Positions 38,788 to 48,531 of a stretch of 64,000 nt of DNA are shown here, in pieces. The stretch comes from an uncultured Collinsella sp. Lineage in GTDB: Bacteria > Actinomycetota > Coriobacteriia > Coriobacteriales > Coriobacteriaceae. Within the stretch, counting starts at the first letter, position 1. Each line of letters starts with the position of its first letter. Below the pieces are notes generated by a model that saw nothing but the letters and a program-made list of their open reading frames with translations, was not told the DNA's origin and ran no database searches. The DNA lies in NCBI GenBank assembly GCA_902475785.1, contig CABSAN010000006.1, positions 2,927-66,926 on the forward strand, in the 5' to 3' direction. The position numbers and the translations under genes are program-made.

Positions 38788-39157
38788 CGAAGCAACCTGC
38801 CCCATTACGCTGAGCGTTGCCGGTGATCCGCGTCTCGCGCGCTTGGTGCGCATGACGGCCGCCAACGTCGGCGCCCTGTGCTCTATGTCCGTCGATCGTA
38901 TCGAGGATATTCGTATGGCCGCCGAGGAAGCCTTCATCTTTGGCTGCACGGCCGTTGATTCCGACGATATCTCGATTAAATTCGATGTCGACGAATCTCA
39001 TGTGGGTATGACCTTTACCTTTGGCGATCAGGCGACTGTCGATGAGGATGACCAGGCTGCCGTATATGCCGAGCTCATTTTGGCGAGCGTGTGCGATTCC
39101 TACGAAAAGACTACGGCGCCCCTAACGCTTTCCCTCGACCTCAAGGCGGATATCTAA
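38780..39157 (+). CDS. RsbW-like anti-sigma factor, degenerate GHKL fold
   Basis: ARLVRMTAANVG...DRIEDIRMAAEEA matches the RsbW N-terminal pattern; immediately upstream of a SigB-type sigma factor. Confidence 0.7.
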   Translation: MSSEATCPITLSVAGDPRLARLVRMTAANVGALCSMSVDRIEDIRMAAEEAFIFGCTAVDSDDISIKFDVDESHVGMTFTFGDQATVDEDDQAAVYAELILASVCDSYEKTTAPLTLSLDLKADI

Positions 39158-39158
39158 T

Positions 39159-39950
39159 ATGACCGAACGTTCCCGGAGCGGCAAGACCGCTTGGGACAAG
39201 GAGAAAACCCGCGAGCTGTTTCGTCGTTATAAGGAGACCGGTGATCCGGATGCCCGCGAGCAGCTCGTTATGTCCCATATGAACCTGGTAAGGTTTCTTG
39301 CCAACAAATTTAAGAACCGTGGCGAGCCGCTCGATGACCTTTTGCAGGTCGGCTATCTGGGCTTGCTCAAGGCTATCGACCGCTTTGATCCCGAGCGCGG
39401 ACTTGAGTTCACGACGTTTGCCACGCCCACCATCCTGGGCGAGATTAAGCGTCACTTCCGCGACAAAGGCTGGAGTGTGCGCGTGCCGCGTCGTCTGCAG
39501 GAGCTCTCTGCCAAGGTCAACCAGGCTACCGACAAGCTCACCAACGAGCTTCAGCGTTCGCCCAAGGTTGAGGAAATCGCCGATTACTTGGGCGTGACCG
39601 TCGACGAGGTGCTCGAAGCCATGGAATCGTCCTCGGCCTATACCTCGGTGCCCATCGAGGCCCCCGGTGCATCCGACTCCGACGATGCGCCTTCGATTCT
39701 CGACCGCTATGCCGACGACGACAACGAGCTCGACTTTACCGATGACCGCCTGGTGATTGAGGAGGCCATTCGCGATTTCTCGCCGCGCGAGCGCGAGGTG
39801 ATCGAGCTGCGCTTTGTGAAGGGCATGACCCAGATCGAGATCGCCAAGAAGCTGGGCATCTCGCAGGTACAGGTCTCGCGCCTGCTGCGCCGTACCCTTA
39901 AGAAGATTCAAGACAAGATTGACCCCGACGGAGTGATGGTTCGTTCATGA
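39159..39950 (+). CDS. SigB/SigF/SigG family RNA polymerase sigma factor
   Basis: DDLLQVGYLGLLKAIDRFD, FATPTILGEIKRHFRD, VRVPRRLQEL and MTQIEIAKKLGISQVQVSRLL motifs. Confidence 0.94.
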   Translation: MTERSRSGKTAWDKEKTRELFRRYKETGDPDAREQLVMSHMNLVRFLANKFKNRGEPLDDLLQVGYLGLLKAIDRFDPERGLEFTTFATPTILGEIKRHFRDKGWSVRVPRRLQELSAKVNQATDKLTNELQRSPKVEEIADYLGVTVDEVLEAMESSSAYTSVPIEAPGASDSDDAPSILDRYADDDNELDFTDDRLVIEEAIRDFSPREREVIELRFVKGMTQIEIAKKLGISQVQVSRLLRRTLKKIQDKIDPDGVMVRS

Positions 39951-41359
39951 GTGAGCACCCCCAACAAACCGACCGCACGCTTCGCGATACCCGTATTCTG
40001 ACGCTGCGCATTTGGGGCGTCGTCGGCTGCATTGTCATCGCTGCCGTCATCTTTAACCTTATGGGCATCCTGGCGCCGGTTATCGAGTTTTTGGCAGTCG
40101 GCTCCATCATCGCCTTTGTGATGTCGCCGATCACCAACTGGCTCGAGCACCATGGTGTGAATCGCGGCATCGGTTCGCTCATCGCGCTTATTGTGGTCGT
40201 TGCCGTGCTCGTCGGCGTCGTTTGCATCTTGTCGCCGATTCTCTTTGGTCAGATCATGGAAGTCCTGAGCCGCCTGCCCGAGCAGCTTCGTGTTGCCGGT
40301 GGCGACCTCAATGAGATGATCTCGCATGCCAAGACGCTCAACAACACGCCGCTCAAGGAGTATCTGGACGATAACCTTTCTTCGCTCGTTACGGTGGCGT
40401 CCAAGTATGTCTCACAGATTGCCGCCGAGCTTGGCCGTGGTGTATTCCCCCTCATCACCAATACCGCGTCGCAGCTGTTTGTTATCTTTCTTGGCTTAGT
40501 GCTTGCCTATTGGTTGGCCTGCGACTATCCCCGTATGCACCACGAGGTCTGCACCATCATTGGTCAGGAAAAGGAGACCTCGTACCGTTTTATGGTCGCG
40601 ATTCTTTCGCGCTCGGTCGGCGGCTACATGCGTGGCATGGTCGTAACGTCGATCTGCGGTGGCATCCTCGCCTTTATCGGCTTTACGATCATCGGGCATC
40701 CGTATGCCGCACTCATGGCCATCTTTACCGGCATCATGCACTTGGTTCCGGTTGTTGGACCCTGGGTGAGCGCGGCGATCGCCACGGTGCTCGGCTTTAT
40801 GTTCAGCCCGATGCTGGCGTTATGGACCTTGATCGTGACTATGGTGGCACAAAATGTCACCGACAACGTCATTTCGCCTAAGGTCATGCAGAGCTCGGTC
40901 CAGGTGCATCCCATCATGAGCCTGACGGCCCTCGTTATTGGTTCGGCACTCATGGGCCCCATCGGCATGGTCATCGCCATTCCGCTGTGCGCGGCTCTGA
41001 AGGGTATCTTCGTGTATTACTTCGAGAACGAGACCGGCCGCCAGCTTGTGGCATACGATGGTGCCGTGTTTAAGGGCACGCCGTATCGCGATGCCGAGGG
41101 CAACCCGGTCGCCGCCTATGACGCGCTTGGAGACGATACGTTCATCTATGAGTCCGAGCTCATCGGCAACGAAACCGCGCCCGAGGCCCAGGCTATGCCC
41201 AAGCCTGAGCTCGATAATCCCTGGATTAAGCTGTCGGGTCTTCAGCCCGACGCGACAGGCTTTTTCAAGAACCCCTTCGCCAAGGATGACGATTCCAATA
41301 CGGACGACGACACCAAAACCGGCATCGACGGTTCCATGGACGATTCGGATTCCAAATAG
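39947..41359 (+). CDS. AI-2E family transporter
   Basis: Multi-TM protein with VPVVGP, QNVTDNVISPKVM..VQVHP and GPIGMVIAIP motifs. Confidence 0.88.
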   Translation: MSEHPQQTDRTLRDTRILTLRIWGVVGCIVIAAVIFNLMGILAPVIEFLAVGSIIAFVMSPITNWLEHHGVNRGIGSLIALIVVVAVLVGVVCILSPILFGQIMEVLSRLPEQLRVAGGDLNEMISHAKTLNNTPLKEYLDDNLSSLVTVASKYVSQIAAELGRGVFPLITNTASQLFVIFLGLVLAYWLACDYPRMHHEVCTIIGQEKETSYRFMVAILSRSVGGYMRGMVVTSICGGILAFIGFTIIGHPYAALMAIFTGIMHLVPVVGPWVSAAIATVLGFMFSPMLALWTLIVTMVAQNVTDNVISPKVMQSSVQVHPIMSLTALVIGSALMGPIGMVIAIPLCAALKGIFVYYFENETGRQLVAYDGAVFKGTPYRDAEGNPVAAYDALGDDTFIYESELIGNETAPEAQAMPKPELDNPWIKLSGLQPDATGFFKNPFAKDDDSNTDDDTKTGIDGSMDDSDSK

Positions 41360-41365
41360 GCTCTG

Positions 41366-41605
41366 TTAGCGTTTCTTGATGTTGTAAAAGACAAGAAACA
41401 CGAGCAAAGCGATTGATAAGGGGCCGGCTACATAGAAATAGAGAATGTCAATTGCGCGTAGAGGGCAATAAGCGTTGTCGCCGGACGTCACTGCATACAG
41501 TACGTAGCCAAATGCTGGTTGGTTTGCGTACCATTGGGAGAAGGCCAAGAGCGCTAAAAGTACTACTACCAGAAGTGCATTCAGGACAAATCGTTTACTT
41601 TTCAT
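41366..41605 (-). CDS. Small two-TM hypothetical membrane protein in an AT-richer segment
   Basis: 79 aa with two hydrophobic helices; GAAGGAG RBS before ATG; fills the intergenic gap. Confidence 0.6.
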   Translation of the reverse strand: MKSKRFVLNALLVVVLLALLAFSQWYANQPAFGYVLYAVTSGDNAYCPLRAIDILYFYVAGPLSIALLVFLVFYNIKKR

Positions 41606-41799
41606 CGATCGCTCCTTCCGGGTGACTCTTATATGTAATTCTACAGCAGCCTTTTTTCAAAGGCTTGCTCGGTCCTAAATAACGTGCACTTTCGCTGGAG
41701 GGTCGCTGTTTGGCGGCCCTCTTTTTTGCATGGGCGCGGCGGGATGGTAATATCGTTACGTTTGAACTGTTTCGATGTGAAACCGAGGAGATTCCCTCT

Positions 41800-44457
41800 A
41801 TGAGTGCTGACTACCCGTCAATGACTACGGCCGAGATCCGCTCCAAGTTCCTCAACTTCTTTGAGGAGCGCGGTCTTAAGCTCTATCCTTCTTCGTCCCT
41901 TGTTCCCGACGATCCCTCGCTGCTGCTTGCCAACGCCGGCATGAACCAGTTTAAGGAGTACTACCAGGGCAAGAAGACCATGAAGGAGATCGGCGCGATC
42001 TCCTGCCAGAAGTGCGTCCGCACCAACGACATCGACTGCATCGGCGAGGACGGCCGTCACCTGTCCTTCTTTGAGATGCTCGGCGACTTCTCCTTTGGCG
42101 GCGTCTCTAAGCAGCAGGCCTGCGCTTGGGCCTTTGAGCTCATCACCAAGGAGTTCAAGCTGCCGCTCGACCGCCTGTACTTCACCGTCTTTACCGAGGA
42201 CGACGAGACCCATGACGTGTGGCGCTCCCTGGGCGTTGCCGAGGACCACATCTCGCGCCTGGGCGAGGACGATAACTTCTGGGCCGCCGGCCCCACCGGC
42301 CCCTGCGGTCCGTGCTCCGAGATCTATTTTGACATGGGCGAGGAGGTCGGTTGCGGCAGCCCCGACTGCAAGCCCGGCTGCGACTGCGACCGCTTCCTGG
42401 AGTTCTGGAACCTCGTCTTTACCCAGTACGACCGCCAGGAGGACGGCTCCATGCCGGAGCTGCCGCACCGCAACCTCGATACGGGCATGGGCCTGGAGCG
42501 CATGGCTGCCATCATGCAGCATAAGACCGCCAATTACGACGGCGATCTGATGCAGCACCTCATCAAACTCGGTGAGGAGATTAGCGGTAAGACCTATGAC
42601 GCCGATGACTACTCCGGCGCCAGCCGCTCGCTGCGCATCATCGCCGATCACTCCCGTGCCGTCGACTTTATGATCTCTGACGGCATCCTCCCCGGTAATG
42701 AGGGCCGCGAGTACGTCCTTCGCCGCCTGCTCCGCCGCGCCGTGTTCCACGGTCGCCTGCTGGGCATCGAGGGCGCCTTCCTGACCAAGTTTATCGACGA
42801 AGTCAACGCTCAGATGGGCGAGGCCTATCCCGAGCTGCTCAAAAACGTCGCGCTCGTTAAGGGTATCGTCGCTTCCGAGGAGGAGCGTTTCTCCACGACG
42901 CTCGACAACGGCCGCGTTTACCTGGACGAGGCCTTGGCCGCGCTCGCCGACGGCGCCGTCCTTCCGGGCGACGTCGCGTTTAAGCTGCACGACACCTTTG
43001 GTTTCCCCATCGACCTGACCGTCGAGATCGCCGGCGCTGCTGGCCACGACGTCGACATGGACGGCTTCACCGCCTGCATGGAGGACCAGAAGGCACGCGC
43101 CCGCGCCAACGCCAAGGGCGACGCCTGGGGTAGCTTCAACGACGTGTGGGTCGAGCTTTCCGACAAGGTTGCCGCGACCGAATTCGACGGCTATGACAAC
43201 GACGTCATTGAGGGCGCCAATGTTGTCGCCATCGTTCGCAACGGCGAGTCCGTCGAGTCCGTTGCCGCCGGCGAGGACGTTGAGGTCGTGCTCGACCGCA
43301 CCCCGTTCTACGCCGAGATGGGCGGCCAGCAGGGCGATGCCGGTGAGCTGTCCGCCGAGGGCGTTTCGCTGACCGTTTCCGACACCAAGAACCACAACGG
43401 CCTGTATGCCCACGTCGCGCACGTTGCCGAGGGCACGCTGACCGTCGGCGCTACCGTGACCGCCGCGCTCGACGCCGAGCGCCGTGGTTTCCTGCGTCGC
43501 AACCACACCGCCACCCACCTGCTCGACGCTGCGCTTAAGCAGGTCCTGGGCGAGCATGTCTCCCAGGCCGGCTCGCTGGTGACGCCCGAGCACCTGCGCT
43601 TTGACTTCACGCACTTCGAGGCCCTGTCCTCCGAGCAGCTCAAGGCTGTCGAGGACCTGGTCAACCAGCAGATCTTCGCTTCCAAGCCGGTCGTGACCCG
43701 CGTCATGGGCATCGACGAGGCCAAGGCCGCCGGTGCTGTCGCCCTCTTTGGCGAGAAGTACGGCGACGTCGTCCGCGTCGTCTCCGTGGGCGCCGAGGAC
43801 CAGCCGTTCTCCCGCGAGCTCTGCGGTGGTACGCATGCCGCCAACACCGCCGAGATCGGTCTGTTCAAGATCATCTCCGAATCCTCCACGGGCTCGAATG
43901 TCCGCCGTATCGAGGCCGTGACCTCCAAGGGCGCTCTCGATTACATGGCCGACCGCCTGGCGCTCGTTGACGCCGCCGCCGCTGCGCTCAAGTGCCGCGT
44001 CGACGAGGTTCCTGCCCGCGTGGAGAACCTGCAGGCCGAGCTGCGCGAGACTTCCAACAAACTCAAGAAGGCGCTCACCGGTGGCTCCTCCGACGCCATA
44101 TCTAGCGCCATCGACGGCGCTGTCGAGCTGAATGGCTACAAGCTCGTTGTCGCTGAGCTTCAGGGTCTCGAGGCCGCAGACCTGCGCAACGTTTGGGATA
44201 CCGTGCACCAGAAGGTCGCCGGCCCCGTCGCCTGCGTCGTCGCCAGCGTGACCGAGAAGGGCACCCCGGCCCTGCTCGCCGCCGGCTCCGATGACGCCGT
44301 GAAGGCCGGTTTCCACGCCGGCAACGTGATCAAGCAGATCGCGGGCCTGGTCGATGGCCGCGGTGGCGGTCGTCCCAACATGGCCCAGGCCGGTGGCAAG
44401 AACGCTGCCGGTATCGCCGATGCCCTCGCGGCCGCCAAGACCGCGCTCGGCGTCTAA
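41800..44457 (+). CDS. alaS: Alanine--tRNA ligase
   Basis: NAGMNQFK, FFEMLG, GPCGPCSEI, DTGMGLER, HTATH, ELCGGTH and GGGRPNMAQAGG motifs. Confidence 0.98.
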   Translation: MSADYPSMTTAEIRSKFLNFFEERGLKLYPSSSLVPDDPSLLLANAGMNQFKEYYQGKKTMKEIGAISCQKCVRTNDIDCIGEDGRHLSFFEMLGDFSFGGVSKQQACAWAFELITKEFKLPLDRLYFTVFTEDDETHDVWRSLGVAEDHISRLGEDDNFWAAGPTGPCGPCSEIYFDMGEEVGCGSPDCKPGCDCDRFLEFWNLVFTQYDRQEDGSMPELPHRNLDTGMGLERMAAIMQHKTANYDGDLMQHLIKLGEEISGKTYDADDYSGASRSLRIIADHSRAVDFMISDGILPGNEGREYVLRRLLRRAVFHGRLLGIEGAFLTKFIDEVNAQMGEAYPELLKNVALVKGIVASEEERFSTTLDNGRVYLDEALAALADGAVLPGDVAFKLHDTFGFPIDLTVEIAGAAGHDVDMDGFTACMEDQKARARANAKGDAWGSFNDVWVELSDKVAATEFDGYDNDVIEGANVVAIVRNGESVESVAAGEDVEVVLDRTPFYAEMGGQQGDAGELSAEGVSLTVSDTKNHNGLYAHVAHVAEGTLTVGATVTAALDAERRGFLRRNHTATHLLDAALKQVLGEHVSQAGSLVTPEHLRFDFTHFEALSSEQLKAVEDLVNQQIFASKPVVTRVMGIDEAKAAGAVALFGEKYGDVVRVVSVGAEDQPFSRELCGGTHAANTAEIGLFKIISESSTGSNVRRIEAVTSKGALDYMADRLALVDAAAAALKCRVDEVPARVENLQAELRETSNKLKKALTGGSSDAISSAIDGAVELNGYKLVVAELQGLEAADLRNVWDTVHQKVAGPVACVVASVTEKGTPALLAAGSDDAVKAGFHAGNVIKQIAGLVDGRGGGRPNMAQAGGKNAAGIADALAAAKTALGV

Positions 44458-44474
44458 GAACCTAGGCTGTCACT

Positions 44475-44903
44475 GTGGTCGCGCTCGCGCTGGACATAGG
44501 GGAGACCAGGATTGGCATTGCCGTCTCGAGCCGTGATGGCAAGATGGCGATGCCTGTCAAGGTGCTTCCTGCTGCCGAGGTCACTGGCATGGCAAAGACG
44601 TTTCGCTACCTGGTCGAGGACTATGAGCCCGATATCCTGGTAAGCGGACGTCCCTTGACCATGGCCGGTGAGCCCGGCCCCCAGGCCGAGCGCGTCGCCG
44701 CCGTGGCCCAAAAGATTGCCGACGAGCTCGAACTTCCGCTGGAGTTTGAGGACGAGCGTCTGTCCTCGCAGGAGGCCAAGCGAATCCTGCGAGAGCAGGG
44801 GCTTAACGAAAAGCAGATGAGGGGCAAGATTGACATGATCGCCGCCAGCCTGTTCTTGCAGACATGGCTCGATCGTAAAAACGAGGAGGTTCAGCATGTC
44901 TAG
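44475..44903 (+). CDS. ruvX: Pre-16S rRNA nuclease / Holliday junction resolvase-like YqgF
   Basis: ALDIGETRIGIAVS, DERLSS and IDMIAASLFLQ motifs; alaS-ruvX-mltG synteny. Confidence 0.93.
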   Translation: MVALALDIGETRIGIAVSSRDGKMAMPVKVLPAAEVTGMAKTFRYLVEDYEPDILVSGRPLTMAGEPGPQAERVAAVAQKIADELELPLEFEDERLSSQEAKRILREQGLNEKQMRGKIDMIAASLFLQTWLDRKNEEVQHV

Positions 44904-46251
44904 CGCTCCCGATCCGCGCCAGCAGAGTCGTACACGGCAGCCCGCGCCGCGTCCTGCTCAGCCTGGTCAGCGCCCGGCACAGCCGACGCAGCGTTCGGCT
45001 CAGCCTACTCAGCGTGCTGCTCAACAGCCCGCCGCTCGTCCCGCGCGGCCCGCTGGCGGCGCTCGTTTTAAGCAACAGGCTCCTGCCCAGCGCACGCAGG
45101 GGCAGGCCCCGCAATCACGCTCCCACGCACATCATGTTCATGGTTCGCATGGCGTTGCTCCGGCCACGCGCTCGAGCTATAACACGCACGCCCGCCGCGG
45201 CGCCCAAAAGAAAAGCTCCCCGGTGCCTATGATTATCGGCGGCGTCGCCGCCGTGCTTGCGCTTGTCGCGATCGTTTTCTTTGTCGTGCCGGCCGTCAAG
45301 GGCTTCTTTGGCGGTGAGGATGCGAAAGTCGCTGCTGGCCAGCAAGTTACTATCACGATTCCCGATGGTGCCTCGGGTGACACCATCGCTTCGATTCTCT
45401 CCGAGAACCATATCGTCGATAATCCCAAGGATTATTACGCTGCGGTCAAAAAGCTCAACGCCGACATGTCGCTCAAGCCGGGTAAGTATTCGTTCACCAC
45501 GCTCATGGACGCGACCAAGGTCGTTCAGCAGCTCATGGAAGGCCCCAATGCGGGCTCCGATGCGCTGACTATCCCTGAGGGATTGACGGTTGACCAGGTC
45601 GCTGACCGCGTGGCCAAGGCATACGACGGCATCTCCAAGGAGGACTTCCTTAACCAGGCTAAGGCGAGCAATTATGTGAAGGACTATAGCTTCCTTGAAG
45701 GCGCCGCGAACGATTCGCTCGAGGGCTTCCTGTTCCCCAAGACGTATTCGTTGGGTAAGGACCCGTCTGCCGATGATGTGATTCGCGCCATGCTTGACCA
45801 GTTCAACACCGAGTATAAGTCGCTCGATTTCGCCAGCTGCGAGGCCAAGATCAAGGAGCGCTATGGCGTGGAGATGTCCGATTACGACATCGTTAATCTT
45901 GCCTCGATCGTCGAGCGCGAGGGCCTCAACGCCGATCAGCGCGCGCATGTGGCATCGGTTTTCTATAACCGTCTGGCCGGCAAGCTCGATGGCCTGCGTT
46001 ACCTCAATAGCGATGCGACCATGATGTATGTCACCGGCGGCGAGGTTACCGCCGACGACCTGCAGAGCGATAGCCCATATAACACCTATAAGCACGAGGG
46101 CCTGCCGCCCACGCCCATCTGCTCTCCGTCACTCGAGGCGCTCAAGGCTACCCTTGAGCCGACCGACTCCGATGACCTGTATTTCTACATTACACAGGAC
46201 GAGGAGTATTTCTCGAAGACCTACGAAGAGCACCAACAGTCTTGGAATTGA
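44896..46251 (+). CDS. mltG: Endolytic transglycosylase MltG with a long low-complexity cytoplasmic N-terminus
   Basis: TIPEG, LEGFLFPKTY, LASIVERE, ASVFYNRL and SPYNTY..GLPPTPI motifs. Confidence 0.93.
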   Translation: MSSAPDPRQQSRTRQPAPRPAQPGQRPAQPTQRSAQPTQRAAQQPAARPARPAGGARFKQQAPAQRTQGQAPQSRSHAHHVHGSHGVAPATRSSYNTHARRGAQKKSSPVPMIIGGVAAVLALVAIVFFVVPAVKGFFGGEDAKVAAGQQVTITIPDGASGDTIASILSENHIVDNPKDYYAAVKKLNADMSLKPGKYSFTTLMDATKVVQQLMEGPNAGSDALTIPEGLTVDQVADRVAKAYDGISKEDFLNQAKASNYVKDYSFLEGAANDSLEGFLFPKTYSLGKDPSADDVIRAMLDQFNTEYKSLDFASCEAKIKERYGVEMSDYDIVNLASIVEREGLNADQRAHVASVFYNRLAGKLDGLRYLNSDATMMYVTGGEVTADDLQSDSPYNTYKHEGLPPTPICSPSLEALKATLEPTDSDDLYFYITQDEEYFSKTYEEHQQSWN

Positions 46252-46253
46252 TC

Positions 46254-46751
46254 ATGAGGATTTTTAGCCCCAAACGATATGTTGCCTCAGTCGACCGCAT
46301 CGATCTCGATACCCTGTGGGCCGACGGCAAGCGCGCCATTCTACTCGACCGCGACAACACCTTGGTGCCGCGTGATACCGAGCAGGTACCCGCTGCGGTT
46401 TCCGCTTGGCTCAAAGCCGCCCATGCTAAGGGCTTTAAGCTGTGCATGGTGTCCAATAACTGGCATCGCGACCAGGTTATGGCGTCGGCGCGCGAGTTGG
46501 GGCTCGAGGCCATCAGCCACGCCATGAAGCCGGCGCCCTTTGCCCTCAAAGCGGGTCTTAAGCGTCTGGGCGCCACGACCAACGAGGCCGTGCTGATCGG
46601 CGATCAGCTTTACACGGACGTGTGGAGCGGTAACTTTGCCGGCGTTGACACTATTCTGGTCAAGCCGCAGGCAACCCAGGACCTGTGGTACACGCAGATC
46701 TTCCGTATCTTTGAGCGCCGGGCCCTGCGCGACCTTCCCTGCGAGGAATAG
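46254..46751 (+). CDS. YqeG family HAD IIIA phosphatase
   Basis: LLDRDNTLV, VSNN, AMKP and IGDQLYTDV motifs. Confidence 0.9.
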   Translation: MRIFSPKRYVASVDRIDLDTLWADGKRAILLDRDNTLVPRDTEQVPAAVSAWLKAAHAKGFKLCMVSNNWHRDQVMASARELGLEAISHAMKPAPFALKAGLKRLGATTNEAVLIGDQLYTDVWSGNFAGVDTILVKPQATQDLWYTQIFRIFERRALRDLPCEE

Positions 46752-46759
46752 GTTTCGCC

Positions 46760-47293
46760 ATGTCTCAGCACATCAAACACGGCTGCGACCATATCTTCTT
46801 TATCGGCTTTTTGGGTGCGGGCAAGTCGACGCTTGCGCGCAACGTGGGCACTATGTTCAAGCGTCGATTCATCGATACCGATCGTTTGGTTGTGCGTCGA
46901 TGCGGCAAGTCGGTGACCGAGATTTTTGAGACAGAGGGCGAGGATCGTTTTCGCGAGCTCGAGACCTCGGCACTCCGTTCGCTTCAAAGCGAGCGCAGCC
47001 TGCTGGTATCGTGCGGGGGTGGCATTGTCGAGACGCCGGTGAACATTGAGTTGATGCACGAGATGGGTACATGCGTGTACCTCGAAGGCGACTTTGAGGA
47101 CTCGCTGCGCCAGATTCGCCGCTCCGATACCCGGCCTGATTTCCGCTCGCCCGAGCACGCCGCGCGCCTGTTTGAGCATCGCCGTCCGCTGTATCGCCAA
47201 GCCGCCGATATTACCCTTGATATTCGCAACAAGTCCTTCGAGGACGTTTCCTACCTTTGTGCCGAGAAGCTTTTGGAGCGTGGACTGCTATGA
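46760..47293 (+). CDS. aroK: Shikimate kinase
   Basis: IGFLGAGKST, FIDTD, GEDRFRELE, SCGGGIV and RRPLY motifs. Confidence 0.88.
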   Translation: MSQHIKHGCDHIFFIGFLGAGKSTLARNVGTMFKRRFIDTDRLVVRRCGKSVTEIFETEGEDRFRELETSALRSLQSERSLLVSCGGGIVETPVNIELMHEMGTCVYLEGDFEDSLRQIRRSDTRPDFRSPEHAARLFEHRRPLYRQAADITLDIRNKSFEDVSYLCAEKLLERGLL

Positions 47294-48399
47294 TTCGCCG
47301 TCAACTTATCAATTTCCAAAACCGCAGTGTCGATGTCCGCGTCGGATTGGGCGCGTTCGAGGAGCTGTCGCGCATGTTTGCCTCGGCTGTGGGCAAGCCT
47401 AAGCGCGCGATGGTTGTTTGGAACGACGCCACATCCGAGCGTTTTGGCGAGGTCGTCGAGCATGCGCTGGTCGACGCCGGTTTTGCCGTGTCGCTGCTCG
47501 CCCTCGAGGTTTCTCCTGCCGGCGCTACGCTGGCCGATGCCGATACCGTCTTTGGCGCCCTGTCGGTTAACGGTATTACCTGCGACGATCTTGTTGTCGC
47601 TGTCGGTGACACGGCGACCTGTTCGGTCGTTTGCTGGTGTGCCAATCAGTGGTGCGGTCGCACCGAGTGCGCCTTGCTGCCGACGACGCTCGACGCCATG
47701 CTCACGGTTGCGACGACCATGAAGCCGCTCGTCGCCTCGTCGGCGAATGCGCTTCCCGCTATCGCGTTCCGTCCCGAGCCGGGCTTGGTCGTGTGTGACC
47801 TCGACCTTGTACGCGAGGCCCACCCCAAGGACCTCAGGCTCGGCTATGCGGTACTTGTTGGCACCATGCTTTCGAGCAGCAAGTCCCGCTGGAATCAGTT
47901 TACTGAGACCGTCCCCGAGATTCTCGCGGGCGAGGAGGTCGCGCTCGTCAATGCCATTCAGTGGTCTCAGACTGCCCGCAAGGACGTACTGATGGCCACG
48001 AACCCGAGCGCCCGCCATGCGCTCGATTTTGGCAAGACGGGGGAGCGTACCCTGCGCGCCTGCTTGGGCGATGCCGCTTCGCAGGTCCCTGCCTACCAGC
48101 TGTTGTCCGAGGGCATGCGCTTTGAGGCGCGCCTAGCACATGATGCCTGCGACTTCGATATCGATTACGTCTTTGAGGTCGATGACTGCCTGGAGGACTT
48201 TGGCATCGAGGAGCTTGCCTTCGATCTGGAGCCTGCCGCATATATCGAGGAGTTCCGCAGGCAGCAGTTTGTCCGCTCGAACCGCAGCATGTTGCCGCTG
48301 CCCGCGGCACTCGGCGCCATTCGTCTTACGAGCGTTGAGGACGAGGTTCTTGAGCGCCATGCTCACGCCTACTTGGCTTCTCGCAAAGAACTTCTCTGA
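47290..48399 (+). CDS. 3-dehydroquinate synthase-like protein with degenerate catalytic motifs
   Basis: Position after aroK, size, and PTTL / P.LV.CDLD / LDFG.T / EGM remnants of AroB; canonical motifs are altered. Confidence 0.7.
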   Translation: MIRRQLINFQNRSVDVRVGLGAFEELSRMFASAVGKPKRAMVVWNDATSERFGEVVEHALVDAGFAVSLLALEVSPAGATLADADTVFGALSVNGITCDDLVVAVGDTATCSVVCWCANQWCGRTECALLPTTLDAMLTVATTMKPLVASSANALPAIAFRPEPGLVVCDLDLVREAHPKDLRLGYAVLVGTMLSSSKSRWNQFTETVPEILAGEEVALVNAIQWSQTARKDVLMATNPSARHALDFGKTGERTLRACLGDAASQVPAYQLLSEGMRFEARLAHDACDFDIDYVFEVDDCLEDFGIEELAFDLEPAAYIEEFRRQQFVRSNRSMLPLPAALGAIRLTSVEDEVLERHAHAYLASRKELL

Positions 48400-48531
48400 G
48401 ATTTATTGACATCCATCGTCTTTCGTATCATGTTGAGGGGCGGGTTTCCAATCGGTTGCGGATCGCATGCGATTCCGTCGTTCGGTTGAAGCCCGTCCCG
48501 CACTTTTTGAGACAACAAGAAAGGAATCTGC

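Noticed and set aside
48437..48499. SRP (4.5S) RNA or 6S RNA
   Set aside because: It lacks the SRP domain IV GNRA loop and CAGG/AGCA motifs and is too short for 6S RNA.
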